A DNA stretch of 64,000 bases from Octopus sinensis. Its lineage: Eukaryota. Made by a program: the position numbers and the translations under genes. The stretch is taken from positions 9,920,001 through 9,984,000 of the forward strand of contig NC_043010.1 in the NCBI RefSeq assembly GCF_006345805.1. Direction: 5' to 3'. The notes beneath the pieces were generated by a model. The model saw only the letters and a list, made by a program, of their open reading frames with translations. It was not told the DNA's origin and ran no database searches. Of the stretch, positions 36,238-49,098 are shown in pieces (positions within the stretch are counted from its first letter, which is position 1; every line of letters begins with the position of its first letter).

Positions 36238-36312
<75 letters not shown>

Positions 36313-37401
36313 CACATAATTGTAAAAAGCATTGTGCCATGTGAAAAGCACCCTGTACACTCTGTCAAGTGATTGGTGTTAGGAAGGGCATCCACCCTAT
36401 AAACCAAGCTATAACAGACTATGGGACCCGGCATGGCCCCAAACCTTGCCAGCTTCTGTCAAGCTGTCCACCACATACAGAAGTTAAATGATAATGATGA
36501 TGATGATGGTAATGATGATGTTATATAGAGTTTAATAAGTCATATAGCACAGACCTGGTCGTTTGCTGGTAAAGCATGTACCCTGTCCCAGTATTTGTGG
36601 GGTATGTTGTGATCAATAAAGATTCTCGTAGTTTCCATCTTCCGTTCTCTCTTATTTATCACACTCTCACATACACACACATGCGCATGCGCACACACAC
36701 ACATACACACAGACATCCATATATGGATGTCTTTGTGTTTGGTCTATGTTTGTTCCTTGCTGCTGCTTAGCAACCAATGTTCGTTTGTTTACATTCCTGT
36801 ACTTTTATGGTTTGGCAAAAGAGACTAATAAAATAAGCACCAGCCTTAAAAAATAAGTATTGAAATTTGATTTATTTGACAAAACCCTTCCAGTTAGTGC
36901 CCCAACATGGTCACAGTTCAAATGACTCAAACAAGTAAAATAAAATAAAATAAATTGTCTGTGTTGTCAATTTTAATTGACAAAATATTGTCAACTTTAA
37001 TTGACTAGGTTTTTGGAATTTAATTTACCAAGATATTGTCAACTTGAAATTACCAACAGTCAACTTTAATTGACCATTTTCCGTCAATATTTGCCGTCAA
37101 TATTCAGTTATCAGGTAATTCTTTTACTCTTTTATTTAAAAAAACATTTTTTATTCTTTTACTTGTTTCAGTCATTGGACTACAGCCATACATGGGTACT
37201 GCTTTGAAGGATTTTTAGTCAAACGAATCACCCCACCCAATACTCTTTTTTCCTAAGACCAGTACTTATTCTATCAGTCTCTTTTTCTGAACCGCTAAGT
37301 TACATACACAAACCAATATCAGTTGTCAAAGAGGAGTCAGGAACAAACATATGCTCAAGGACATGCGCACATTGATATATACTATATACATACATATATA
37401 T

Positions 37402-37484
<83 letters not shown>

Positions 37485-37648
37485 AAATGTTTAATGAAAG
37501 CAATCACACACTAGAAAAATTTTCTCCCCAAAATAGTTAGTAACGTCCTCATAAAAGACCTCTTAACATATTTTTAAAGAATAATTTTTTATAAAAAGTA
37601 ATCACCTTTACGCTTCAAAATCTGTAGTAAGTCATCATCATAGAGTTT

Positions 37649-37686
<38 letters not shown>

Positions 37687-37994
37687 ATCGAAGACAATGT
37701 ATGGGTGTTTAGTTTTACTGAATGATCTGTACAAATGATTTGTTTATAGTGATCAAATGTATGTGCTGTACATTAGGCCACCCTCTCCATCAAATTGATG
37801 TTGCCTGAACAGGTGCTTGATGTGCCATGCCTCAGGTGTCGAAGTGAGTGCAGAGCAATGTGACATGAAGTGTTTTGCTTAAAATCAAAATGCACCTCCA
37901 GGTCTAGGAATTGAAATCATGACCTATCAATTGTGAGGGCAGCTCTCTAACCACTAAGTCATTCCCTTGCAATATACATGGTGCAGTTTGTGAG

Positions 37995-38375
37995 GAGGCC
38001 CTCATTGTAGCTGTGCTGGGTGGGACATGTTTGCAGGACAGAGGGCTGCAGTTTTCTATGCTGAACTACATCAGGGCAGGTGGAGCCATGAAGGACACTG
38101 GTTTTTTCCCCCAGACGCTCGGAAGGAGAAGGTCCTGTAGCATGATGAACGGCACCAAATGCTGAAGCTCATAATTCCAACCATTGAGGAGAAACAACAG
38201 AGGGAATACAAAAGAGCACATGAGAGGTATGACTTCTCTATTGTGTCATGTAGTTTCACCTGCAGCAAACATCATTTTTGTTGCAGATCAACAGCAGGAC
38301 TTGTAGGCCATATGTGAGTCTGCCAGAGATGTTGACTGGTCAAGAACAGTCAATACAACAGACAACTAAAGAAGA
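37995..38375 (+). mobile_element. Degenerate BovB-like RTE LINE 3' end
   Basis: WVGHVCR...FYAELHQGRWSHEG...[20 protein letters not shown] fits the RTE C-terminus with terminal zinc finger; (AAG)n tail. Confidence 0.6.
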
Positions 38376-38671
38376 AGATATGTGTGTGTGTGTGCATGTG
38401 TGTGTGCGTGTGCGTGTGTGTGTGTGTGTGTGTTTGCGTGTGCGTGTGTGTGTGTGTGATGGTGTGTGTGTGTGTGTGTGTGTGCACGTGTGTGTGTGTG
38501 TGATGGGTGTGTGTGTGTGCGTGTGTGTGTGTGTGTGTGATGGGTTTCTTTCAGCTTCTGTCTATCAAATCCTCTTGCAAGCTTTTAGTCAACCTGGGTC
38601 TGTAGTAGAAGGCACTTGCCTAAGGTACCATGCAATGGAACTGAACCCAGAACCATGTAAAAAAAAAAAAG

Positions 38672-38897
38672 TAATGTTGCTTTCTCGAGTCATACCGACT
38701 CATAGGGGCTGGTTCCTAGTTTCTTGGTGTACATAAATCCTGCCTGAATGAGACGCCGGTCTGTCGCAGGATAACTCATTTTTGCCAGCTGAGTGGACAA
38801 GGGCAAAGTGAAATGAAGTGTTTTGCTCAAGTGTTTCACCTGGTCCAGGAATCTCTTACAATCATGAGCTCAACACCTTAACCACTAAGCCACACAC
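38672..38897 (-). mobile_element. SINE family G
   Basis: Reverse complement resembles 8168-8405. Confidence 0.6.
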
Positions 38898-39064
38898 GTC
38901 CCCTATGTCGTTGGAAAGCAAGATTCTGACCATAGAGCCACACCTGCACTTAATGTCAGCTTTAATTTATGAAATATTGTAAAATATGTGAAAAGTAGTG
39001 ATTTTGATGAAATTATGATAAAAGTAAATGAATATGTGGTACTGTTAGAAAAATAGGATTTTCA

Positions 39065-39385
39065 AGTGAGACCTGTGCCGGTGGCATGTAAAAAGCACCA
39101 TCTGAACGTGGCCAGCACTGCCTTGACTGACTTCTGTGCTGGTGGCACGTAAAAGCACCAACCGATCATGGCTGCTGCCAGCTTGCCCTGGCACCTGTGC
39201 CGGTGGCACATAAAAAGCACCCACTACACTTATGGAGTGGTTGGTGTTAGGAAGGGCATCCAGCTGTAGAAACACTGCCAGATCAGATTGGAGCCTGGTG
39301 CAGCCTCCTGGCTTCCCAGACCCCAGTCGAACCGTCTAACCCATGCTAGCACAGAAAACAGACGTATAACGATGATGATTATGAT
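39065..39385 (+). mobile_element. RTE LINE 3' UTR/tail fragment
   Basis: gtgccggtggcac units, ttaggaagggcatccagc, (GAT)n tail. Confidence 0.8.
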
Positions 39386-39389
39386 GATA

Positions 39390-40135
39390 AACATGAGAAA
39401 GAATCTTTAGTGATGCAAGAAAAAATATGTTGTTGGTGTATCTATAACAAATGTGGAGGTAGAATTGTTGGTAGGGCTTTAAGAATAACAAGCTTTGTTA
39501 GGAAGGACTATGAGATATGTTAAGGGCTGTCAGTGAAATTATGAGAAAAATAGGGCTATTACAGGGCTGCCTTAGGGTATGAACAACTGGACAATTGCCC
39601 AGGGGTCTCTGGGTCTAGAGGCTCACTTCTGATGTGTTCTGTAGCTTACTGTCTTTAAATAATACTACAGGACCCAAAGGATTGATTTTCCTGGGTGGTA
39701 GGGGGCCTATAACGCTACTAAAATGGTCTATAGCGGGTGGGCAGGCGATAAACCAAGAAGGGATACTTGGTGGGTCTGTGAGAAAAATAGTTGTTTGTGT
39801 ATCTATGAGAAATGTAAGAAATTTTATTTAGTTATCTTTAAGGGGTAGTATGACAAAAATAGTTGTTGATGGGTCCATAAAACTAAAAGAAATAAGATTT
39901 GTTATTATGACTATGTGAAAAATAGGGTTTATATCTAAGAATGTTAGGGAGAAAATAGTGTTTGTAGGTGGGACTGTGATAAAATTATGGTTTATTGGTG
40001 ATACAGTCAGTTAGAATGGTGGAGTGACGAAAAAATTGAGATGTTAGTGGGATATATGAAATATAAGGGCTGATATGGGGCAATGAAAAATATGCTTGGT
40101 GCCAAGACTATAGGAAAAGTGAAAAACAGGTGTTG
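39390..40135. repeat. Highly diverged minisatellite, about 27-bp unit
   Basis: Recurrent (a/g)tgagaaaaatag(t/g)...ggtgggtct-like units, interrupted at about 39562-39750 by a GC-richer segment. Confidence 0.5.
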
Positions 40136-40244
40136 TTCTTTTGTAAGCCCAGTACTTATTCTATCGGTCTCTTTTGCCGTAAAGTACTGGGGTCAATCTA
40201 ATCAACTAACTCCCTCCCACCACATCTGAATATTTCTGACTTTG

Positions 40245-40580
40245 TGACAAAGCAGAAAGATTTTACGTGGCACGTAAAATGCACCATCCGATTGTGGCCG
40301 TTGCTAGCCTCGTCTGGCCCCGAGCCAGTGGCATGTAAAAAGCACCATCCAATCATGGCCGTTTGCCAGCCTCGTCTGGCACCTGTGCAAGTGGTATGTA
40401 AAAAGCACCCACTACACTCACGGAGTGTTTGGCATTAGGAAGGGCATCCAGCAGTAGAAAAACTGCCAGATCAGACTGGGCCTGGCACAGCCTTCTGGCT
40501 TCCCAGACCCCAGTTGAACCGTCCAACCCATGCTAGCATGGAAAACGGACGCTAAATGAAGATGATGATGATGATGATGA
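40245..40580 (+). mobile_element. RTE LINE 3' UTR/tail fragment
   Basis: Same signature as the other RTE tails. Confidence 0.8.
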
Positions 40581-40738
40581 AGTCAACTTGACAAATAAGT
40601 ATGTAAATAGATCTTTATTGGTTTTGATGATTAAGATTCAGTTGTCAAACCAACTGAGTTAATGGTTCATTAAATTAAATGTGTATGACAAGAGGCTTCC
40701 GTACAGTTTCTATTTAGTCATTTCCATTCAAAAGGCTT

Positions 40739-41040
40739 GTGGAGGCACATGGCCTAGTGGTTAGAGCAGCGGACTTGCGGTCGAGGGATTACGGGTTCGA
40801 ATCTCAGACCGGGCGATGTGTGTGTTTATGAGCGAAACACCTAAGCTCTATGTGCCTCCAGCAGAAGGTAATAGCGAACTTCTGCTGACTCTTTCATCAC
40901 AACTTTCTCTCACTCTTTCCTCCTGCATCTTGCAGCTCACCTGTGATGGACCAGCGTCCCATCCAGGTGGGGAACCTATATGCCAAGGAGATCGGGAAAC
41001 CGGCCTTTATGAGCCAGGCATGGCTCGAGAAGGAACAAAA
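40739..41040 (+). mobile_element. OR-like tRNA-derived SINE
   Basis: Head gtggaggcacatggcctagtggttagagcagcggac...ggttcgaatctc; resembles described octopus tRNA-Arg SINEs (from memory). Confidence 0.75.
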
Positions 41041-41173
41041 TTCAAAAGGCTTGGGTGACTCAAGGCATTGGGAAAAGACACTTGCACATGATGTAGTAGA
41101 GTGTATAATGGATGGAAAGGTTTATGATATCAGGGGAATATTGCCTTCTTCCATTATCTCTTTTTGTTATTCG

Positions 41174-41520
41174 TGTAGTTTAGGCTTCCGGCAGGCAAAG
41201 AGAGAAGACTTCAAGTACAAATGCAATTTACAATTGGTTTATTTACAGGTTTCACAGGATCAGTGAAGTGTGCTGCTCTCAGCTACCATCTTTAGCTGTG
41301 TGCGTTGTGTAGTAGCTCTGTTAGTGCGGGCACATTGTCTCTGGAAGCACAACATTCAGACAGGCCCAGCCAATGGAGTGCGATCAGCAAGCGCTGCTGC
41401 TAAGAGGCAGAAAGAAAAAGACTGAATCTGTTTCTGTTTTGCCCTTATATACAGTTTGCCATTGTGAGCCTCGTGATCTCATGCATGGCAAATTCAAGCA
41501 GTGAAAAGTTGTGTCAACAT
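41174..41520 (-). mobile_element. Possible solo LTR
   Basis: Minus strand: TATATAA (41445-41451), AATAAA (41238-41243), ends ...ctaca; no TSD found. Confidence 0.25.
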
Positions 41521-42023
41521 GATTGTAGAAGGTTGTGTATTTATAAATTTTTGATTTGTTGAGTTAAGGGGAAGATGAAGTGCCAATGATCTTTGTAGGC
41601 CTTCTAAGACTGGTCATGTCATTAATGTTCCATTTAAAGTGTGGCTGGTCAAAACCTGCCAAAATGTCATGAACAAAAAATTTCAGTGGGAAGATGTTCT
41701 GGGGAGTATGGACTAGGCATAATGGTTAGCGTAAAGACAAGGGCTTGGATACTACCAGTAAGACAAGGGGTGGAAATGTGGATGGGGTCGAGGATGCTTG
41801 AGAGACAGATATACTAAACTAGCCAGATCTGTGAAAGGGTCCATTAGAGTAGCTAGAGAAAAGACAGAAAAGCTCCCATGTTTCACAGGCATTATTTGAA
41901 GCAATCACTGAGAAAATCCCACTGCCTCCACCTCACCCTTGGAAATAGTCACCATACATAATTGATATTTGTATTCTCTTCCCTGTCAGACTTGCTGTCA
42001 CTGTTATGGCTCTGTCTTATCAA

Positions 42024-42420
42024 TCTTTATATATAAAAGAGAGGTTGTGTGCTGTCTGTCTCCTACGGTTTAGATTCCTAACTACTCCCACATTTTGCGG
42101 TGCAGTTTAACCAAAACCGGGTATCTTATAGTCGTGATTCATATCGAGCCCTTCTGGGTATTAGCGCGTGTCTACGATGAGTCTACGATTTAAAACAAAA
42201 TTACCATCAATTTTTCCCATTTTTAATGCATTTTTGGCATATATAAGGGAAGTAACTCTCTAAAAATTTATTATTAAATCTCAGAACGTAAAAAGCTACA
42301 GTAACACCCCGCCCCTTTGTGGTTAGCCATATTGAGATGGCTATTATACTTTACATATCTAAAAATGCATATATAGTTATTTCCCTTACAAACCCGAGCA
42401 ACGCCGGGCGATACTGCTAG
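42024..42420 (+). mobile_element. Non-autonomous Helitron, copy 2
   Basis: A|TC start, hairpin cccgagcaacgccggg (42393-42408), CTAG|T end, no TSD. Confidence 0.9.
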
Positions 42421-42477
42421 TCTAATATAATGTATTTTTCAGCATACAAATTATTCTTTACTGACTAAAATTTACAG

Positions 42478-43158
42478 CCAAAATGGTGGTAGGTCCATTA
42501 ATATACCTAAACTACATTGGAGGACTAAAAATTCCATGTCAAATGCAATAGGACTTGGAAAGATAGTGATGATGTTTACAGGTTTACACTATATACTTAT
42601 ACCTAGGCGCAGGAATGGCTGTGTGGTAAGTAGCTTGCTTACCAACCACATGGTTCCGGGTTCAGTCCCACTGTGTGGCACCTTGGGCAAAGTGTCTTCT
42701 ACTATAGCCTCGAGCCAACCAAAGCCTTGTGAGTGAATTTTGTAGACGGAAACTGAAAGTAGCCCGTTGTATATATGTATATATATATGTGTATGTGTGT
42801 GTTTGTGTGTGTGTGTTTGTCCCCCTAGCATTGCTTGACAACCGATGCTGGTGTGTTTATGCCCCCGTTACCTAGCGGTTTGGCAAAAGAGACCGATACA
42901 ATAAGTACTAGGCTTGCAAAGAATAAGTCCCGGGGTCAATTTGCTCGACTAAAAGTGGTGCTCCAGCATGGCCGCAGTCAAATGACTGAAACAAGTAAAA
43001 CAGGGAAAAGAAAAAGAATAGCCATTTGATATTAAAAACTAGTTTTATAGAAACTTCTTTTAAAATTCCTTTCTTTTTCCCTCATACATTAACTTACATT
43101 AACTTAACCAGCAGAAATGCAACGACAGAGGACATGACGGTATCATCACCAGGCATAA
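42478..43158 (+). CDS. Candidate pair of small exons: 42478-42488 (ATG GTG) and 43112-43158
   Basis: tttacag|CCAAAATGGTG|gtaggt and ttaaccag|...|gtaagt; joined reading MVQKCNDRGHDGIITRH; no homology recognised. Confidence 0.2.
42605..43020 (+). mobile_element. SINE family A, full length
   Basis: Matches the family A consensus. Confidence 0.9.
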
Positions 43159-43609
43159 GTAAGTGATTTTCAGACATGTCCAAATGTAAACAATCACACA
43201 AACACACCTGCACACATTCACATACACACACACACACACACACACATACACACACAAACACACACACACACACACGCATTGAATTGGATTAGATTACCCA
43301 TGTTCAGTTCACTGCAGGATGAGGGCCTCAGCATGTACACTCTACCGACCACAGTCTGATGTGGAGGCCATGAATTAGAGCCTGACGTCACAGTGGCTTG
43401 ATGGGCCACCTCTGCTACCTTGGCTCAGCATGACTTGGCAAGGGGATGCAGTTTTTATACTCCTGCCCAGGATTAATTAAGCTAATTACATCAACACCCA
43501 CCAGTGTTCAACTGGGTACTTATTTTATTGACCCCGAAAGGATGAAAGGCACACTTGACCTCAGTGGAATTTGAACCCAGAACATGAAGATGGATGAAAT
43601 GCCACAAAG

Positions 43610-44011
43610 CAGGAGTTGCTGTGTGGTAAGTAGCTTGCTTACCAACCACATGGTTCCGGGTTCAGTCCCACTGCGTGGCACCTTGGACAAGTGTCTTCTA
43701 CTATAGCCTCAGGCCGACCAATGCCTTGTGAGTGGATTTGGTAGACGGAAACTGAAAGAAGCCCGTCGTATATATGTATATATATATATGTGCGTGTATG
43801 TTTGTGTGTCTGTGTTTGTCCCCCTAGCATTGCTTGACAACCGATGGTGGTGTGTTTATATCCCCGTCACTTAGCGGTTCGGCAAAAGAAACCGATAGAA
43901 TAAGTACTGGGCTTACAAAAAATAAGTCCCGGGGTCGATTTGCTCGATTAAAGGTGGTGCTCCAGCATGGCCGCAGTCAAATGACTGAAACAAGTAAAAG
44001 AGTAAAAGAGT
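43610..44011 (+). mobile_element. SINE family A nested in an antisense B2 copy
   Basis: B2 sequence continues on both sides (43480-43609, 44012-44055); aagca on both flanks. Confidence 0.85.
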
Positions 44012-44491
44012 AAGCATTTCACCTGGTGTGCTAATGACTCTGCCAGCTTGCTGCAGTTTAACGTTCCTTTTGGGAAAGAAACACTAGAATATGTAATCCC
44101 TTACAGAGAGCTGTCTTAGCAACATATGGACCCTCTAGCAAATCAGTGGAAGAAGATACAGCATACATAGATTAGATTTGGGGCCCTAGGTCTGTGTGTG
44201 CTCTGGGCAGCTGCTTAGTGCACCCATGCTTTAAAACTATACAACCCTTACAGATAAAAAGAGGGTTAGTTACAACTGGAAGGCTTTCATCATAGGTTTG
44301 CTCAATCACAGCTAATCTGAAGCCAAACAACTATAAATATCTTCATTCAAAGAGGAATTCTTCTCTCAGTGACTCTCAATCCATCCACTGTCATATTTCT
44401 CTGTACTCCAATGTGCAAAACTATAAAACCTGGCACACGTGCACACACATGCATACAAGCTTCCCCCAGGTAATTTGATTACATGTGTATG

Positions 44492-44520
<29 letters not shown>

Positions 44521-44528
<8 letters not shown>

Positions 44529-44872
44529 TATGTAAAATCCATTCTGTCCGTCTGTGTGTGTGTCTTCTAAGATCCAGGCATCCGCCATCCGATTGCGCTC
44601 AAATTTGATACGTGGATACCGATGGTATCAGGGCATGTATAAGTCTTGAAAAAATTACAAAAATCGATTCCAGGTGAGAATGCGAGCGATAAAGCCGTGG
44701 GAACGTGCAACTGTTGTGAGAAAAATGCATGGTGTCTCAAATTTAGGTTAAATCAGTGTTTCTCAAAGGGGAGGCATGTGGGTCGGTCGGACAAGTTGTT
44801 TTGAGAAAATTTGGTTTAAATGTTTGACCACTCAGCACCGTCCATTGGACGGGGGGGGGGCCTTTTTACTCG
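44521..44872 (+). mobile_element. Second Helitron-like non-autonomous element
   Basis: AT-rich start with tctgtccgtctgtg, 3' hairpin ccgtcc-att-ggacgg (44838-44852), ends CTCG|T instead of CTRR. Confidence 0.45.
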
Positions 44873-46983
44873 TGTGTATATATATATATGTATATATATA
44901 TAGATAGATATATATAGATAGATATATGCTTAAATATACATGATTATATTATATATGTATATAGTATGTATGAATACATATATATATGTGTGCATGTGTG
45001 AATGTGTGTGGATTTTAGTGTGTGTGTATATATATGTATGTATATGTATATATAAATATGTATATATATATGTGTGTGTGTATGCGTATATATATATATA
45101 TAGAAAGAGAGAGAGAGAGAGAGGTGGGGGAGAGATACTACACCAAACCAAACATTACGTATGATAAAGAACTCAATACATGTAATTAGGTTAAATATTT
45201 ACTATTTTATTTTGTTTATTTTTCCATAGGAATACACACACATACACACATATATATATACACACATACATATATGTATACACACATGCATATATATATA
45301 TACATATACACAATGTATGTATATGTGTGTGTGTGTGTGTGTGTGTATTCAGAGGAAGAGACAGAGAGGCTGAGGAAAGTAGAAAAGGATAACAAACAGT
45401 TGTGCTTTGAGAAGGATAAGAGCTATGTGGAAGTGCGGATAATTCAGAGGGGCACAGAGAGTGAGAGAGAGAAAAAGAGAGACAGAGAGTGACAGAGAGA
45501 GAGTGTGATAGAGAGAGAGAGAGTGATGGAGAGAGAGAGAGAGAGAGGAAGAGAGCAGGATAAAAAAAAGTTGTCTGTCTAGGTGATAGATAAAGGATCA
45601 ATGGTTGAGGTTGAGAGAAAGGAAAGAATGGAAGACGTGGGGGGGAGGGAGGAGAGGAAGAAGCAGCAGAGAGCGAGAGAGGGAGAGCAAGAGAGAGAGA
45701 GAGCAATGAAGAGAAATGCAGAGAGAGAGACAGAGAGAGAATGAGAAATAGGTGTAGCAGTAGAAGACATCAGTGAAGAGGAAGCTATCACCAAAGCCTA
45801 CTACTACTACTACTACTACTTACTACTACTACTACTACCACTACCACTACCATTGAGGTTGTAGCTATTTAGCTTTTATTACTACTACTACTTCTACTAC
45901 CACTATTGCTGCTGCTGTTGTGGCTAGTGCTACAACCACTACCACCACCACCACCACCACCACCACCACCACCACCACCACCACCATGATCACTACTACT
46001 ACTGGCACCTCCACCACTATCACTACCATCATCACTACCACCGCTACCACTACTGTCACTGGTGCTACCATCACCACCACCACCACCACCACCTCTACTA
46101 CTACTGCAACCTCCACCACTATCACTACCACCTCTACCACTACCGAAACTGGTGCTACCATCACCACCACCACAACCACCACCACCACCACCACCACCAC
46201 CACCACCACCACAACCACACCACCACCACCACCACTACCACCACCTCTACTACTACTACTACTGCTGCTACTGCTAGTGCTGCTGCTGCTGTTGTTGGCT
46301 GCTGGCTGGTGCTGGTGATTGAATGAATGAATGAAGGATTAAGTGAATGAATGAATAATGGAATGACTGAATGAAAGGTAGAACTCAGTGAAGGAAGAAG
46401 AACTGGTTGGCTAAGAGGGTGGTGGATGCCAGGGAAATGGGATGGTGACACAACAAAGAGCTTGCATCTACGCTCTATGCATGCATGGTGGCGGCGGCGG
46501 CGGTGGTGGTGGTGGTGGTGGTGGTGGTGGTGGGGGAAAGTGCTGTGTGAATATGTGCAACGGAGTCTAGATGAGTGTGTGTGTGACTAGGCTCCGGTGT
46601 ATGTATATGGGTGTGTGTGTGTGTGTATCTGAAATTATGTGTGTGTATGTATCTATCTAGACGTATGAATGCGACTGAGCTTGACTTTTGTGTGTGAGAA
46701 TATGTCGATGTATGTGTATGTGTGTGTGTGTGTGTAACTGTGTGTGTGTGTGTGTGTAACTATGTGTGTGTGTGTGTGTAACTATGTGTGTGTGTAACTA
46801 TGTGTGTGTGTGTTTCTCGATATCTGTGTGTGTGTGTGTATGCGATTGGTGTGTCTTGGTGTGTATCTGTAACTATGCTCAGATGTGTGTATGCGTGTGT
46901 GTGTGTGTGTGTCTATGTCACAAACTGTGTGTGCATCTATGTGTGAATTTGGAACTGAAATAAGTGTCCTTGTATGTGTGTGT

Positions 46984-47017
<34 letters not shown>

Positions 47018-47892
47018 TGTGTGTTTGTGTGTGTTTGTGTGTGTGTATGTGTGTGTAAATTTGGAACTGAAATAAGTGTCCTTGTATGTGTGCATGTGCA
47101 TGTGTGTGTGTGTGTGTGTGCTTGTGTGTGTGTGTGTTTGTGTGTGTGTGTTTGTGTGTTTGTGAGGCTATGCTTCTATGCATATCTGTATTTGTGTGTG
47201 ACTGTGTGTGGTTGTACTAGTGTGTGTATGTGTGTGCGATTGTGAAAGTATGTATCTGAAAGTATATTCATCTATCTGTGTGTATGAGAACGAATCTGCG
47301 TGCACATGTGCACATGTGTGCATGTATACGTGAGTGACTATAAGTGTGTCAGACTCTCTGTATGTATGTGTGTGTGTTTGTGTGTTTGTGTGTGTTTGTG
47401 TTAGTGTGTGTTTGGAATGTATGTAATTGTGCATTGGTATATATATGTGTAAGTGTATCTGAGAGTATATGTGATTATGTGACTGTGTCGGAGTGGAAAT
47501 ATCTAGGCGTACGTATGTGACAGAACTTGTGTGTGTGTATGTATATGTTTGACTCTTTGTGTGTGTGTGTTTGACTCTGTATGTGTGTGTTTGTATGTAT
47601 GTGTAAATTTGTAAAACTACGTCTCTATGTGATCAAATTGTATATATGTGTGTATATGCGTATGTGTATGTCCTAATGTGTTTGCTTGCATGAGTGTGAC
47701 AGTGTTCTTATGTATGTATCCGTATGTGTGGATATGTATATATATACATTCTTGAATTTGGGTGTATGTCTGTTACTACGCATGTTTTTGTGCATGTAAG
47801 TGTAAACACACACACACACACACACGTGTGTGTGTCTGTGTATATGTATCTGTACAGCTGTGTCTCTGTATATGTGTCTGAATATATATGTG

Positions 47893-47934
<42 letters not shown>

Positions 47935-47969
47935 CGTGTGTGTGTGCATTTTTATGTATATATTCATTC

Positions 47970-48191
47970 AGTCTTTTATCTTACTTGCTTGAATCATTTG
48001 ACTATGGCCATACTGGAGCACTGTCTAAAAGGGTTGTTTTTAGTCAAAGAAACCAACCCTAGGATTTATTCCTTGTAAGCCTAGTACTTATTTTATCACT
48101 CTCTTTTGCCAAACCACTAAGCTATCGGTTGTCAAGCAATGGTGGCAGAGGCAAATATATAAACATATACATATATATACATATATACACT

Positions 48192-48237
<46 letters not shown>

Positions 48238-48399
48238 ACAGGCTTCTCTGAGTTTCCATCAACCGATTTCACTCGCAAAGTGTTGGTTAGCCTGAGGCTA
48301 TAGTAGAAGACACTTGCCCAAGGTACCACCCAGTAGGACTGAACCCAGAACCATGTGGTTGAAAAGCAAGCTTATTACCACACAGCCATGCCTGCGCCT
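47970..48399 (-). mobile_element. Aged SINE family A
   Basis: Degenerate match to the family A consensus. Confidence 0.75.
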
Positions 48400-48742
48400 A
48401 TATATAGATTACGTACTTATATGTCTGTGAGTACTTGTGTATGTATACGTGCCTTTCTGTGTGACTGTGTACACCTGTATGGGTATGTGTATACATATAT
48501 CTGTGGGTTATATATGTACTGCCTGCCACTCTTTCTGTGCATGTATGTGAAAGTCTATATATATATGTAATTTTGTGCATCTATGTGCACCATGTATGTG
48601 CACATGTATATGTGTATATATATATATGTGTGTCTGTCTCTCCTCTTACAAGTGTACCTGTATATATGTGTTTATGTTTGTGCGTATATGTGTATGTTTA
48701 TATATATATATATAATATATATATATATACATGAATGAATGA

Positions 48743-48781
<39 letters not shown>

Positions 48782-48843
48782 ATTCAGTTATATGAAGCAT
48801 TAGTACAAGTGCAAGGAAGAAATGAAGAATGAGCGAGAGAGAG

Positions 48844-48880
<37 letters not shown>

Positions 48881-49066
48881 AGGGTTAGAGATTGGAGGCA
48901 GAGGAAGAGGGGGAAGATAAAAAGAAGAAGATGGAAGAATGATTGATCAAGAGCTAAAGAGAGGGAAGAAGAGGGAGGGGGAGGATGCTGATGGGATGAG
49001 GATGAGGCAGAAGCGTAAGAGGAAAGAAAAGAGAAGGAACAGTGAGGTGGAAGCTAAACAGAGATA

Positions 49067-49098
<32 letters not shown>

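Larger units (their letters stand above)
35337..36305. repeat. Near-identical local tandem duplication (about 485-bp unit)
   Basis: 35337-35820 vs 35821-36305; a single-nt indel is the only difference seen outside the microsatellites. Confidence 0.9.
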
